This document shows, piece after piece, positions 1-9,921 of a stretch of 64,000 bases of DNA. Origin of the DNA: Candidatus Zhuqueibacterota bacterium (GTDB lineage: Bacteria > Zhuqueibacterota > Zhuqueibacteria > Thermofontimicrobiales > Thermofontimicrobiaceae); contig JBMOPW010000014.1 of the NCBI GenBank assembly GCA_049322915.1, forward strand, positions 922,774 to 986,773, written 5' to 3'. A model generated the notes under the pieces. That model saw only the letters and a list, made by a program, of their open reading frames with translations. It did no database searches and was not told the origin of the DNA. The position numbers and the translations under genes are program-made. The first letter of the stretch is position 1; every line of letters begins with the position of its first letter.

Positions 1-319
1 ATTGACGGTTTCAATATACAATATTAAAAAATAAAAAGCAAACATTTTTTTTATTTTTATCACAAAATTGCCAACATTTTTTTTCTGAGTTGTTTACCTG
101 CAGCCCAGTCGCACCACGTTCCTCTGTCGACAGGACAGTTCATTTGCACAACATGAGGCAGGCATGGTAATTCTGCGTGTTTAGCTCCAGCATTCAGCGC
201 CTCACGCCCAACGTGCCTGTTGATTGGTGACTCATCGCGGGCAGATCGCAGGAGTTCCAGCATGGCGTCCGATGAGGCCGTATTTTTCAACCCGCGTGGA
301 AATTTGTAATCGAACCGGA

Positions 320-1351
320 TCATTGAGCATACAATTCTTTCATGGACTGTTCCATGTGTTCAATGAGATGGCATCGGACCGAACGATCGGCCATGAGGAT
401 GGCGTTTTTAATGGCTTTGGCTTTGGACCGGCCATGGGCTTTTATCACCAGTTTCTGAAAACCGAGGATGGGAGCGCCGCCGTATTCAGAATAATCCATT
501 CGCTTTTTGAGCTTTTTCAATACAGGAGCTAACATGGTCATGCCGAGCCGGGACAGGAGGCTCTTCTTCCATATCCTCTTGCCGGTTTTTATGGACATCT
601 CCGCCACCCCTTCGAGGGTTTTTAGCACAATATTTCCAACCAACCCTTCCGTGATGATGACGTCTGCAATACCCCGCATGATGTCCTTACCTTCAATATT
701 GCCAATGAATTCAATGCCTTTGATGTGTTTCAACGTCCGATTGGTCTCGACAAGGACTTCGTGGCCTTTGGTATCCTCCTCGCCAATATTGAGCAGGCCA
801 ACTCTGGGATGTTCGATGTTGATGACCTCTTTGGCGTATTGAACTCCCATGAACGCAAAACTGACGAGTTGATTCACCGTGCAGTTTAATGTGGCGCCGA
901 CATCCAGCATGATGGATATGCCTGGATCGCCGTGTTTCTTGCGCACGGACGGAAGGACGGCAGCCAGCACACCGCGTTCAATGCCCGGCATTCGCGGGAT
1001 GAATTTGGAGCAGGACAGAATGGTCGCTCCTGTGTTGCCCGCGCTGACTAAAGCGTCTCCTTTGTCATCGCGAATCAATTGCGCGGCGACATTGATGGAT
1101 GCATCGGTTTTTTCATTGACAGATTCTTTCGGCTTGTCATCCATCGTGATGATTTCGGATGCATGGACAATTTCCCATCGGTCGGCAGGGATTTTGGCAT
1201 TGATAATCAGAGGTTTTATGTCGTGTTCGCGACCAACAAACAGACAGTAAATATCATCGTTTTCGGTACAGGCGGTGGCTGCTCCATGAATAATTTCCAG
1301 AGGCGCGTTGTCTCCGCCCATCGCATCGATGACAATACGGTTATGAGGCAT
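320..1351 (-). CDS. plsX: Phosphate acyltransferase PlsX
   Basis: N-terminal 'IVIDAMGGDNAP', 'VSAGNTGA', 'LDVGA', 'GLLNIGEEDTKG', 'FIGNIEG', 'YGGAPILG..KAHGRS' motifs of PlsX; 343 aa. Confidence 0.96.
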   Translation of the reverse strand: MPHNRIVIDAMGGDNAPLEIIHGAATACTENDDIYCLFVGREHDIKPLIINAKIPADRWEIVHASEIITMDDKPKESVNEKTDASINVAAQLIRDDKGDALVSAGNTGATILSCSKFIPRMPGIERGVLAAVLPSVRKKHGDPGISIMLDVGATLNCTVNQLVSFAFMGVQYAKEVINIEHPRVGLLNIGEEDTKGHEVLVETNRTLKHIKGIEFIGNIEGKDIMRGIADVIITEGLVGNIVLKTLEGVAEMSIKTGKRIWKKSLLSRLGMTMLAPVLKKLKKRMDYSEYGGAPILGFQKLVIKAHGRSKAKAIKNAILMADRSVRCHLIEHMEQSMKELYAQ

Positions 1352-1456
1352 TTTTTTCCCTTATTGGTGAGTATCCATCTCGATAATTACGCGTTTTGAA
1401 ATACAATCGGTCTCGCGGTTTCTACGGGATCAAGGATACAGATGAATGCTACATGA

Positions 1457-1524
1457 TTCCGTTAGATTTTCATAAATGAATCTGACATACGCACGGAGTT
1501 TTTTAGAATGAAATTTTAACGGAA
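1457..1524. repeat. Short (68 bp) element with 17-bp imperfect terminal inverted repeats
   Basis: TTCCGTTAGATTTTCAT (1457-1473) vs ATGAAATTTTAACGGAA (1508-1524), 15/17 complementary. Confidence 0.5.
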
Positions 1525-1883
1525 CTGGTTCCATGATTTCCCAATCGCCTAAATCAACAGTCATCAGAACGCTTTTCTCCGTTGCTAAAGATAAGAAAAA
1601 TAATTTTGAGATTCAATAAATATTTCAGCGTAATAGTTGAACAGACGGTTTTCTATCACGATGTTTTAGATGATGGAGTAGAGGTGCAATCGTCTCCTTT
1701 CGTTGCAGGAAGAAGAATTCAAAAGGGCAAGCCGATGAGATAGATCGGGACGTGCACTGGCAACTCGTCCCATGTCCGGCAATGTCGAATGAACATGGTG
1801 TTTCGAGCTACAGTCCAGGATGTCGTTTAAAGTTCGCTGGTGAAAAACCATGAGATAGAGTTACAGGTTGCTTCCCGGATTCA

Positions 1884-3731
1884 TCATTTTTCATCATCGG
1901 GGTGCATCGGTCTCGGAGCCTTTTCACAATGGAGAATTTTTCTTGTTATTTCTTTATCTTCGATGAGTTCGGTAATCTGACTTACCGATAACCAGCGCGG
2001 TTGTCGGCTATAGTGTTTACCTGTGACATTATCGATGACGAGACTGACGAGCTGTTCGGTGACTCGTGATGATGCTTTAAATTTTTCAGGGAAAACAATA
2101 TGTTCGGAAAGCTGCTCCATGGTTGGATAGTGGGATAGCACAATCCGAAAATTGGCATTGGCCAGCAATGCAAAATTTTCATCATCCGCATCCTGATTTT
2201 GACGGGGCGCAACGCCGATGTTGACTGAAACCATATTGTGCACGATGAACAAATCTAACAGGGTGGGCAGAAACAAGGGCTCGGTTTTGAGCAAGGGGAA
2301 TCCGGTGCGAAGCTCAGCCGTGTTGTTGATCAGCACGGAGTTGAATGGCCTTTGCAACTCATTCACTTCGCCGATGATGGTCTCGATGACATTGAAACAT
2401 TCCTCAGGCGCTAATTGACCAATTTTAAACGAAGTGACTGTGACCAATGGCGTGTCAGGTGGATACTTATCCGGCATGTCGATTATACCGTAGCAGGTGT
2501 GCCAGAATTTGGTCTGACTGCCAGCGAGTTTTAGTTTGATTTCTTTCAGTGACATGAAATCTTTATTGAATTCAGTCCAGGCAATTCCCTTGAATCCCAG
2601 GTCGCTTGCGCCTCCGAAATTGATGACCAATAAATTGGGGAATTTTTCATCTGATAATTTGCCCATTGCCAGATTCAAACCCAGCGCTAATTTATGGGTG
2701 CCGTTCGGGCCAATGATCGCTATGCAGGAGTTCGGCTTTATCCGATCGCTATTGAGAATGAGGCCGAGATCCTTCTCGGTCTGATTGTCGATTTTATACA
2801 CAACGGAATCTGGCAATTGCGTTTGTCTAGCTGCCCGCACTTTAGATAAAACGTAGTGAATGGATGGGTAGACGACCAACCCTTTACGCAGGTTAGATTT
2901 AATGCCTACGGCAATGGGTTTGGTACGAATTTTGTAGAGATGGCGCCCTAACGCCTGACGGCATTTTCTGGATTTAATGATTTCCAGAAAGTATTGCAGA
3001 TAGCCGGTCTGACTGTCTTTCGTCAGGTCGATCACGACATCGGCTAAGAACTTAGTACATTCGAATGTGACCTCCTCTTCCTCGAGCGAATAATTGGGAT
3101 AGCGTTCCAGCGTGATGATCCCGGGAACATGGTAGTTTCTCAATAATGAAAAAAGATGATAAATTTCATGCCGCAACAGAGGGCGACCCGCAAAAGCGGT
3201 GAGACTGTCTATCACGAACAGGATGAAATTGTGCTCGTCAATTGAAGAGACCAGTTCGAGGACATGATTCAATTCGGAGATGCGCTGATCGTAAATGCTG
3301 CCTTCTTCTTTGCCCGAAAAGGGGCGAGGCGAGAAATGGCAGAAATAGATGGTGTTATCATTGGTAAATTCTAAATTTTCATCAAAAGTGGCAAGATCGA
3401 TGAAATCGATTTCGAGTTCATTCTTTTCATCGAAACAACTGAAGTGCTCTGATACGCTTTTTAACGATTGATAGGTCTGCTCCAGACTGTAGAAAAACAC
3501 AAACCATTTTGCATTGGCCGTGGCTGAATGGGCAATTTGCAGCGCCAGCGTCGTCTTGCCAGTCCCTGTAGTGCCTTCGATGACGAGGATGGGGGTTTCC
3601 AGATCGGTGCGAATTTCTCCTTCACCGATGTACAAGCCGCCGTTCTTTTCATCATCGCTGCGATCCTGGGAGAGGAGGTCGTCCAGATGAGGGATGCCAG
3701 TGGAAAGATAGATTTTTTTTGTTTTGTTCAT
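1884..3731 (-). CDS. KaiC/RAD55-like RecA-superfamily ATPase with two domains (second domain degenerate)
   Basis: 'STGIPHLDDLL' start, Walker A GTTGTGKT, 'FYSLEQ', Walker B 'LFVIDSL', 'ADVVIDL', 'EIIKSR', 'GLVVYP'; second P-loop remnant 'IIGPNGTHK'; 615 aa. Confidence 0.85.
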   Translation of the reverse strand: MNKTKKIYLSTGIPHLDDLLSQDRSDDEKNGGLYIGEGEIRTDLETPILVIEGTTGTGKTTLALQIAHSATANAKWFVFFYSLEQTYQSLKSVSEHFSCFDEKNELEIDFIDLATFDENLEFTNDNTIYFCHFSPRPFSGKEEGSIYDQRISELNHVLELVSSIDEHNFILFVIDSLTAFAGRPLLRHEIYHLFSLLRNYHVPGIITLERYPNYSLEEEEVTFECTKFLADVVIDLTKDSQTGYLQYFLEIIKSRKCRQALGRHLYKIRTKPIAVGIKSNLRKGLVVYPSIHYVLSKVRAARQTQLPDSVVYKIDNQTEKDLGLILNSDRIKPNSCIAIIGPNGTHKLALGLNLAMGKLSDEKFPNLLVINFGGASDLGFKGIAWTEFNKDFMSLKEIKLKLAGSQTKFWHTCYGIIDMPDKYPPDTPLVTVTSFKIGQLAPEECFNVIETIIGEVNELQRPFNSVLINNTAELRTGFPLLKTEPLFLPTLLDLFIVHNMVSVNIGVAPRQNQDADDENFALLANANFRIVLSHYPTMEQLSEHIVFPEKFKASSRVTEQLVSLVIDNVTGKHYSRQPRWLSVSQITELIEDKEITRKILHCEKAPRPMHPDDEK

Positions 3732-3769
3732 TTCGCTGCCCCTTTTTGATTGTGGGTTAAAACGTGTCA

Positions 3770-3855
3770 GGGCTAAAGCCCGGATCCCCTTGTCTTCCGG
3801 TTAGTGTCCGCCATGAATGTCGGAGCAATTCATGGAGAGAAACCATAGCCCGGGC
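3770..3855. repeat. Cluster of short REP-like palindromes
   Basis: GGGCTAAAGCCC (3770-3781), TCCGCCATGAATGTCGGA (3807-3824) and GCCCGGGC in the intergenic gap. Confidence 0.4.
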
Positions 3856-3928
3856 GCGGATGATGGCCTCAATTCTTTAAAACAGGGGATCTGTCATCTG
3901 CCAAATTTATCGGTTATCCGCCCGCACT

Positions 3929-5212
3929 TTATTTTTTGAAGCTCGAATAATCGCACCCAAATGCTTTGTAGATTGCATTAATTTTTTCCCGATTCAGCGT
4001 TATTTTCAGATGATCGTTGGGGTAGAAGGTGATGTAACATTCCGGAGTCACAAAATTCATCTGCTGGACAATCCATTTTTCCCGTTCAGTCAGAATGTAT
4101 CCGACTTTCGCTTCCAGGGACTTCCAATGGAAAACATCATGCCCCATACTGCCAAGAGACATTCTGACGATGGCATCCAACAATTCCTGAACGCCTGGAC
4201 GCTTATCCTTCTTACCTTTTTCAAAAATAGTATTCAGGGTGGTTGGCTTCGTTTTGTTTTCTGCCTTGCTATCGCTCAGCCTGACCAAAAGTTTATTACG
4301 GTGCATAAAAAAAACATGATTAAATGCGATGCCTTCCTCTTTCAGTAATTCTCCCCAGTTTGCCAGAACTACGTTGACACTTTCTTTCATCCTGTTCAAT
4401 TTTGCTATCTCAAAACTGTCCAAAGTTTTTGTCATGTTCAGTACCTGAGTTTCATCTTTATTTTCAGCAGTATCGGTAGTATCGGTCGCTGCAGCATCGG
4501 TTTGATAGAATGCCGGGATGTGAAGGATGATGCATTCGCCTTGCAGACAAAACTCGACATCTTCGACAAAGCGACGGACACCTTTGACCAACTGAATGCT
4601 GGAAAATTTTGTTATTCTATCGTAAAGGTATTCCTGTAATGAACGGGTCCAGACATTTTCAGTCTCGTCGGCAATACGTAAAATTGCAGAGATGAAAGGA
4701 ATTCTCAACCGGCCATAGGGCTCTAAAGAAAACATCTGATAGTTTCGAATATTTTTGTCGTGCGCAAATGGATTTTCAACGCCATGATACCAGGAGACGA
4801 GTGCGCAGTACTTGGCAATGCGCTCATCCGGCAAACCCAATTCCGCCCAGCATTCTTCGATGATGCGCCGACTCTCTTCCTGATGATGGACTACCGGGTA
4901 ATCCCGCTTTTCCCTGGGGGGAAGCAATAACAGCTTGCCGATGTCGTGCAGAAAGATTGAGCTGAGCAGAAGAAATATTTCGCCAGCACTGAAATCTTCC
5001 TTGATCTGGTCCGGGATCATTTTGTTGGCGTTGCGCTCGACGTTCAACAAATGAGGGTAGCCGGAATGGGAGCCCAGGTCGAAGCTTAACAACGGCACCC
5101 ATTCTTCAATGCCCTTTTGTTTAATGTCTCCCAGTTTTGAAAAAAGCTCGGGATCTTTTTCTTGCAAAATGGTTGCAAAGGTTCGCTTCGTTTCAAAACG
5201 CGTGTCCATCAT
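3929..5212 (-). CDS. HD-superfamily phosphohydrolase (HD-CE-like) with C-terminal extension
   Basis: 'HSGYPHLLNVE', 'LLLSSIFLHDIGK', 'HHQEES', 'WYHG', 'ILRIADE' give a full set of HD metal ligands; start placed at ATG 5212 (or 5209) after AAAGGA RBS rather than the ORF-track start 5269. Confidence 0.75.
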   Translation of the reverse strand: MMDTRFETKRTFATILQEKDPELFSKLGDIKQKGIEEWVPLLSFDLGSHSGYPHLLNVERNANKMIPDQIKEDFSAGEIFLLLSSIFLHDIGKLLLLPPREKRDYPVVHHQEESRRIIEECWAELGLPDERIAKYCALVSWYHGVENPFAHDKNIRNYQMFSLEPYGRLRIPFISAILRIADETENVWTRSLQEYLYDRITKFSSIQLVKGVRRFVEDVEFCLQGECIILHIPAFYQTDAAATDTTDTAENKDETQVLNMTKTLDSFEIAKLNRMKESVNVVLANWGELLKEEGIAFNHVFFMHRNKLLVRLSDSKAENKTKPTTLNTIFEKGKKDKRPGVQELLDAIVRMSLGSMGHDVFHWKSLEAKVGYILTEREKWIVQQMNFVTPECYITFYPNDHLKITLNREKINAIYKAFGCDYSSFKK

Positions 5213-5498
5213 GAGTTCCTTTCTTTTAATGGTGCGCGGTGAACTGAAGTCGCAATGCGAGAGGTCCAACTAAGAAGGCGAGTTGATTTGCCAGGACTCA
5301 TTCCGTAATAAAGCCGTCAGGGAAAAGAGGAGGATCGATGTGTGGACGAGTCAACAGATTGATTGATAATGGGAAATAACCAATGTTAATATAACTGAAG
5401 CGTCTGTAAAAGTCAACCATATTTTTTCGAACAAACGTAGTTTTAATGCGATTATATTGGGAGATTCAATGGGCATGGGACAAGTTTTTAGTTCCAAT

Positions 5499-5527
5499 AA
5501 AAAAGCCCACAGTTCGTGGGCTTTTTT
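5499..5527. terminator. Bidirectional intrinsic terminator downstream of tRNA-Thr
   Basis: AAAAAAGCCCAC-AGTTC-GTGGGCTTTTTT, a hairpin with A/T tails on both sides. Confidence 0.85.
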
Positions 5528-5538
5528 CGGCATTGCTG

Positions 5539-5611
<73 letters not shown>

Positions 5612-5642
5612 AAATATAACTATCCTGATTATAAAACTTTAT

Positions 5643-5700
5643 CCGCCGACCTATCCGCCATTTTCGAAACGGATTGCTCTACCAGCTGAGCTACGGTGGC
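5643..5700 (-). pseudogene. Partial tandem copy of tRNA-Thr with a replaced anticodon arm and no T-loop or 3' acceptor strand
   Basis: 33-bp exact repeat 5674-5706 = 5585-5617, plus CCGCCGACCTA (5643-5653 = 5559-5569); the segment between is a different hairpin, ATCCGCCATTTTCGAAACGGAT. Confidence 0.8.
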
Positions 5701-5803
5701 AAATATTAATGCTCTGATTTTCAATGTATCGGCCACGACCTTTTCGCCGGATACGATTGCGTTTGCATTCCGGCTTTGGGCTGTTGTCAAAATAACGGGC
5801 ACT

Positions 5804-5832
5804 AATATATGAAAAACGAAACTAAAAGTCAA
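5804..5832 (-). promoter_or_regulatory. Probable sigma70-type promoter for the tRNA transcript
   Basis: Minus strand TTGACT-17 bp-TATATT. Confidence 0.65.
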
Positions 5833-5964
5833 TAATTTTGTTGGCTGACAGCAGCCGATCCCTGAGCGGAACAACGGCTGAGACAATGAACCTGGCTCAG
5901 CCGAATGTCCGATGGATTGACCTGAAAAGGGGATGAAGTATTTAATGCATTCGTCATGCCCTTC

Positions 5965-8900
5965 TTAATGAAATGTCAGCTTCAACGTCTTTATCTCAAA
6001 CGGCCCGAATGTCAATGCCACCTGTCCTGCATTGCGTTCGAGCATCGTGTCTTTCTGCTCCATCAAATCGGTCTCAAATACGGTCGCATTCGAATGGAGC
6101 AACGTCAGTCGGGCAGTGACAGATCTGCCTCTGGGCTCGTAGCAGCGCAGGATCAGCGCATCCTCGCGCTCCGCCTTTTTGACGACTTCCACAATGATAT
6201 CCCTGTGCCCGATGGTGAATGGCAGGGTGATTCCGGCGCCGGCATAGCCCGGATAACAGGCCGGTGGCTGATTGAGTTGCAGGGCTTCAGCCCACACGCC
6301 GGATTCAATCGTGTCCTTCGCATGGGGGAAGAGACTGTAGGTGAACGAATGAAATCCCCTGTCCGCAACAGGGTCCGGCATAGTGGTCGCGCGCAGCAGG
6401 TTCAAATCAATGACATTGTCCAGAATATTGTATCCGTACTTGCAGTCGTTGAGCAGGGCCACGCCGTAGTCCCTGTCCGCCAGATCAGCGAAACGATGGC
6501 CCACCACTTCGAATTTGGCTCTGTCCCAACTGGTATTACGGTGCGTGCTCCGTTTCAATAAGCCGTATTGAATTTCAAAGACAGCGACGTCGGAAAAAAC
6601 ATTCACCGGAAAGGCGACGCGCAGCATCCGATGCGTTTCCTGCCAATTGACTTCAGTCTCAAAATCAAGGCGCTTGCTGTTGGCGGCAAGGTAAATGCGC
6701 TGGGTGATGTGCGAATGGCCAATTGTCAGTTTCTGGGCGAATCCCTGCCGAAGCGGTCCCTGACAGAGCCATTCCTGGCGCTCAACGCGGGCTTGTTCCA
6801 GCAGTTGGTTTTCATAAAAAATATCAATATCCCATGCATCCCAATTTGCCGGGCGGTCTTCGTACAGACACAACCGATTGCCGCTCGCTTTTGTCGCCAG
6901 AATTTCTCTCTGGCTCTCTTTGTCGTATGCGCGCTGGATGACGCCGGCGTCAGTGAATTCGTATCGAACCAATTCGTTCTCCAGAATGAATCGGTCGGAA
7001 TCGAGCCGCGATGGGCGATTGGCGTTTTGCCGGCCTTTGCGAACCGTGACGGAACGGAACGGGGGAATTTCGACGAGCATGATCGATCCCTGATTCTCAG
7101 CTTGCACCGGCATGGATTGGCCGGCGTCATCCACGATGTCGTAACCCTGCCAGGAATCAGGCAGGACAATGGGTCTGGAATAGATGCAGGAAAGCGAATT
7201 GAACACAGTCATGGCCTGATCATCGTTATCAAACAGAAGATCACCAGCGGCCCGGGCGAGTTGACTGGCCTCAGCGTGCAGCCAGGCGTAGTCTTCGCGA
7301 CATTGCTCGTAGACCGGGGTGATGCTCGATCCGGGAATGATGTCGTGGAATTGATTGAGCAGCACCTTTTTCCACATTGCGTCGAACTGCCGGGATGGAT
7401 AATTTTTCAATGGTAACAGGGCATAGAGGATTTCCAACTCGCGCAATTTCAATTCCATAAAACGGTTCATTTTCTTGTTGTACGCCTGAGTTGTCAGCGT
7501 GCCGCGATGCAGTTCAAAATACAATTCGCCCACCCATCGCGGCAGCAGGTCTTTGTTTTCAGCCAAATAATTGAGAAAGTCCTGTGCCGCGCCGAACTGC
7601 ACTTTCGGGCAATTCTCCAGTTCAGCCAGGCGGCGGCCGGTTTCCAGCATCTCTTCGGTTGGCCCGCAGCCGCCGTCGCCGATGCCGAAGAGGGTGAGGA
7701 ATTGATCCAGGTAATCATGCTCGGCAAAATTTTCCTGAGCATAGATGAGTTTGGATGGCCGCAACTCGCTGCCGTAGTTATCCTCCGGCGGAAAATGGGT
7801 GATGACCTCGCTACCATCGATGCCCCGCCAGATGAATGTGTGATTGGGCAATTTATTGAACTGGTTCCATGAAAGTTTCTGGGTGACGAAAAAATCAATG
7901 CCGGCCTTTTTCAAAATTTGAGGCAATGCCGCGCTGTAGCCAAACACATCCGGCAGCCACAGATTCTTCACGTCGATATTGAATTCGTCCTGATAAAAAT
8001 TCTTGCCGTGGAGAATTTGCCGCACCAGTGACTCGCCGCTGATGATATTGCAATCGGCTTCGACCCACATGCCGCCCTGGACTTCCCAGCGCCCCTCAGC
8101 GATTCGCGCTTTGATTTTTTCGTAAAGCGACGGGTAGTTCTCTTTGACGAAAAGATAGTGCTGCGGCATGGATGCGCCGAACACATAGCCTGGATATTTT
8201 TCAATCAGTTGCAGTTGCGAAGAAAATGTCCGGGCGCATTTGCGGATGGTCTCGTGAATCGGCCAGAGCCAGGCCGTGTCCAGATGGGCGTGCCCCACGG
8301 CGCGCGTGGTCAAATCCGAGGCGCAGCCGGGTTTTTCCAGTTCCGGCTTCAGGACATCCCGCGTCCGTTGCACAGACCCTTCGTCAGGCTGGAAGCAATC
8401 GATGGCGCGCATCAACGCCCGCAGGATTCGGGCGCGGCGAACGTTTTTCTCCGGCAACGCCCTCATCAGATCGTTCAGCACGAAACAATCCATGTACAAT
8501 TCCCAAATATCCTTTCGGAATACGGCCAGCCTGGCGTACTGAAACGCTGCCTCGTAATTGCCATAGGCGACCGGGCCCCTATCGCCCCGATCCTGTTCCA
8601 ATTGCAGCCCGAACAACTGGCCGGCAGAGCCTTCGATCCAATAGTCAATCGTCTCGCGGCCGGTCGCCCGCGCGGCAATGTCCAGCCGATCCCGACGGAA
8701 ATGATTCAGCCATAGCGAGTGAATGCTCAGCGCAGTCACAGGCGTCCCATCCTCGTCGAACACCAGACCTTCACCGCCGATATTTATCAGAGCCACGACC
8801 CGCTTTCCGCGCCAATTTTCCGGCGTTGCGCCAGTCACATGAAACCAGGCTCGCTCCCAATTTTTGCCCCAAGTTTCGCCCTGCTGAATGGGCCGATACG

Positions 8901-9051
8901 CGCCGCTCAACCGCTGTGAAAAAGGGACAATAGGCTGAAATGGGCAGACATCGGTTTGCATTTCCAACTCGTCTTCATAAAACAGGCCAGTCAATCGTTT
9001 CAAAAAAACTTCAATTCGCTGCTCGTACAATTTTCGTTCGTTGTCGATCAT
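5965..9051 (-). CDS. Alpha-mannosidase, glycoside hydrolase family 38
   Basis: 'GHAHLDTAWLWP', 'GGMWVEAD', 'WLPDVFGYS', 'GIGDGGCGPT', 'GELYFELHRGT', 'NQFHDIIPGSSI'; 1028 aa. Confidence 0.95.
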   Translation of the reverse strand: MIDNERKLYEQRIEVFLKRLTGLFYEDELEMQTDVCPFQPIVPFSQRLSGAYRPIQQGETWGKNWERAWFHVTGATPENWRGKRVVALINIGGEGLVFDEDGTPVTALSIHSLWLNHFRRDRLDIAARATGRETIDYWIEGSAGQLFGLQLEQDRGDRGPVAYGNYEAAFQYARLAVFRKDIWELYMDCFVLNDLMRALPEKNVRRARILRALMRAIDCFQPDEGSVQRTRDVLKPELEKPGCASDLTTRAVGHAHLDTAWLWPIHETIRKCARTFSSQLQLIEKYPGYVFGASMPQHYLFVKENYPSLYEKIKARIAEGRWEVQGGMWVEADCNIISGESLVRQILHGKNFYQDEFNIDVKNLWLPDVFGYSAALPQILKKAGIDFFVTQKLSWNQFNKLPNHTFIWRGIDGSEVITHFPPEDNYGSELRPSKLIYAQENFAEHDYLDQFLTLFGIGDGGCGPTEEMLETGRRLAELENCPKVQFGAAQDFLNYLAENKDLLPRWVGELYFELHRGTLTTQAYNKKMNRFMELKLRELEILYALLPLKNYPSRQFDAMWKKVLLNQFHDIIPGSSITPVYEQCREDYAWLHAEASQLARAAGDLLFDNDDQAMTVFNSLSCIYSRPIVLPDSWQGYDIVDDAGQSMPVQAENQGSIMLVEIPPFRSVTVRKGRQNANRPSRLDSDRFILENELVRYEFTDAGVIQRAYDKESQREILATKASGNRLCLYEDRPANWDAWDIDIFYENQLLEQARVERQEWLCQGPLRQGFAQKLTIGHSHITQRIYLAANSKRLDFETEVNWQETHRMLRVAFPVNVFSDVAVFEIQYGLLKRSTHRNTSWDRAKFEVVGHRFADLADRDYGVALLNDCKYGYNILDNVIDLNLLRATTMPDPVADRGFHSFTYSLFPHAKDTIESGVWAEALQLNQPPACYPGYAGAGITLPFTIGHRDIIVEVVKKAEREDALILRCYEPRGRSVTARLTLLHSNATVFETDLMEQKDTMLERNAGQVALTFGPFEIKTLKLTFH

Positions 9052-9147
9052 TTTATAACCTCCGGTTTCGATGGGACTGATTTATTTATGAATGGTGAAA
9101 GCCGCTTAACTTTCTCAGATTATAAAAATTTGCATGGTGCAATAAAG

Positions 9148-9276
9148 TGACCAGTTGAAAGCATGTGCCATAAATTTGAAACTTTTTTATATCTGTTGCG
9201 GACAGTCGCGACCGTCCACAACGTGTGTGTCCAATAATAATGGAGTCGCCAAAATTTTAACTGGTCATTCAGGTTA
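9148..9276. mobile_element. MITE-like element B, copy 1 (left end eroded), with central REP-like palindrome
   Basis: TGACCAGTT...AACTGGTCA inverted ends; aligns along its length with 29468-29598; hairpin GTTGCGGACAGTCGCGACCGTCCACAAC at 9195-9222. Confidence 0.7.
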
Positions 9277-9620
9277 ATGGTTGGTCTGACTGAAACAAGC
9301 CGCTGAATCGGCGAATAAAAATATTTTTCTTGTACCACTCCAACGCTTAAACGTGGGGATAGTATTTCTTCGTGGCGCAGAGGCCAAAATTCAGCCATGA
9401 CGCGGAACAGCCATCAATCGATGCCGCATAAAGGTAAAAAAGGTTTTCTTGAAACGACTCAGGTTCCAGGTTTAAAGGTTCCCTGTTCCGGGTAAAAGAG
9501 AATTTTCGTCGCTATCCAGGCATGTAGTCTCGCCGCGAAGTCACACGAAGATGTCATTTTATTCGTTCTTGTTTTATGCAATTCATTTTTTAAACCACGT
9601 TCAGCTTTTCAGAATCGATA

Positions 9621-9919
9621 ATTTAGCCTGCATTATTCATCGTATTTTTAAAGGAGGCTGGCTAACCTGAATGGTGCTCTTTTTAGAATAAATGTAAAAA
9701 AAACTGAGTTTCAAAATAACTTAGCCTTTAGCTAATTGAAAATCTGAATGTTGACTCAAATTCTGAGCAAGTTCATGAATAATTCAGGTTAGATGTATTT
9801 TTTGCTTCGCGCCTTTGGGACTTTGTGGCTGAGCAGTTCCGAATATTCAATTACCAAATAGACATCATGAGATGATTTTAACCTTAAGCTCTGAACGCTG
9901 TACCAGCCAACCTGAGTAG
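9621..9919. repeat. Left arm of ~300-bp composite inverted repeat (contains MITE-A copy 1, 9624-9791)
   Basis: Aligns as reverse complement with 12513-12802 from ATTTAGCCTGCATTATTCAT through ...CCAGCCAACCTGAGTAG; MITE-A TIRs TAGCCTGCATTATTCAT / ATGAATAATTCAGGTTA. Confidence 0.9.
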
Positions 9920-9921
9920 AG

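Noticed and set aside
60..323. 87-aa ORF following plsX, or a structured ncRNA there
   Set aside because: No recognisable protein motifs or RNA family signature could be supported.
1361..1564. Possible small selenoprotein ORF upstream of plsX (minus strand, in-frame TGA then open to TAA)
   Set aside because: No redox motif around the TGA, no recognisable family, and the ORF runs through an inverted-repeat element, so it is probably chance.
1884..3731. Circadian clock KaiC
   Set aside because: Second domain is degenerate, the sequence is highly divergent, and kaiA/kaiB are absent.
5956..8933. Long plus-strand ORFs (201-282 aa) opposite the GH38 gene, and similar antisense ORFs elsewhere
   Set aside because: Shadow ORFs of GC-rich coding sequence with no motifs, fully overlapping confident genes.
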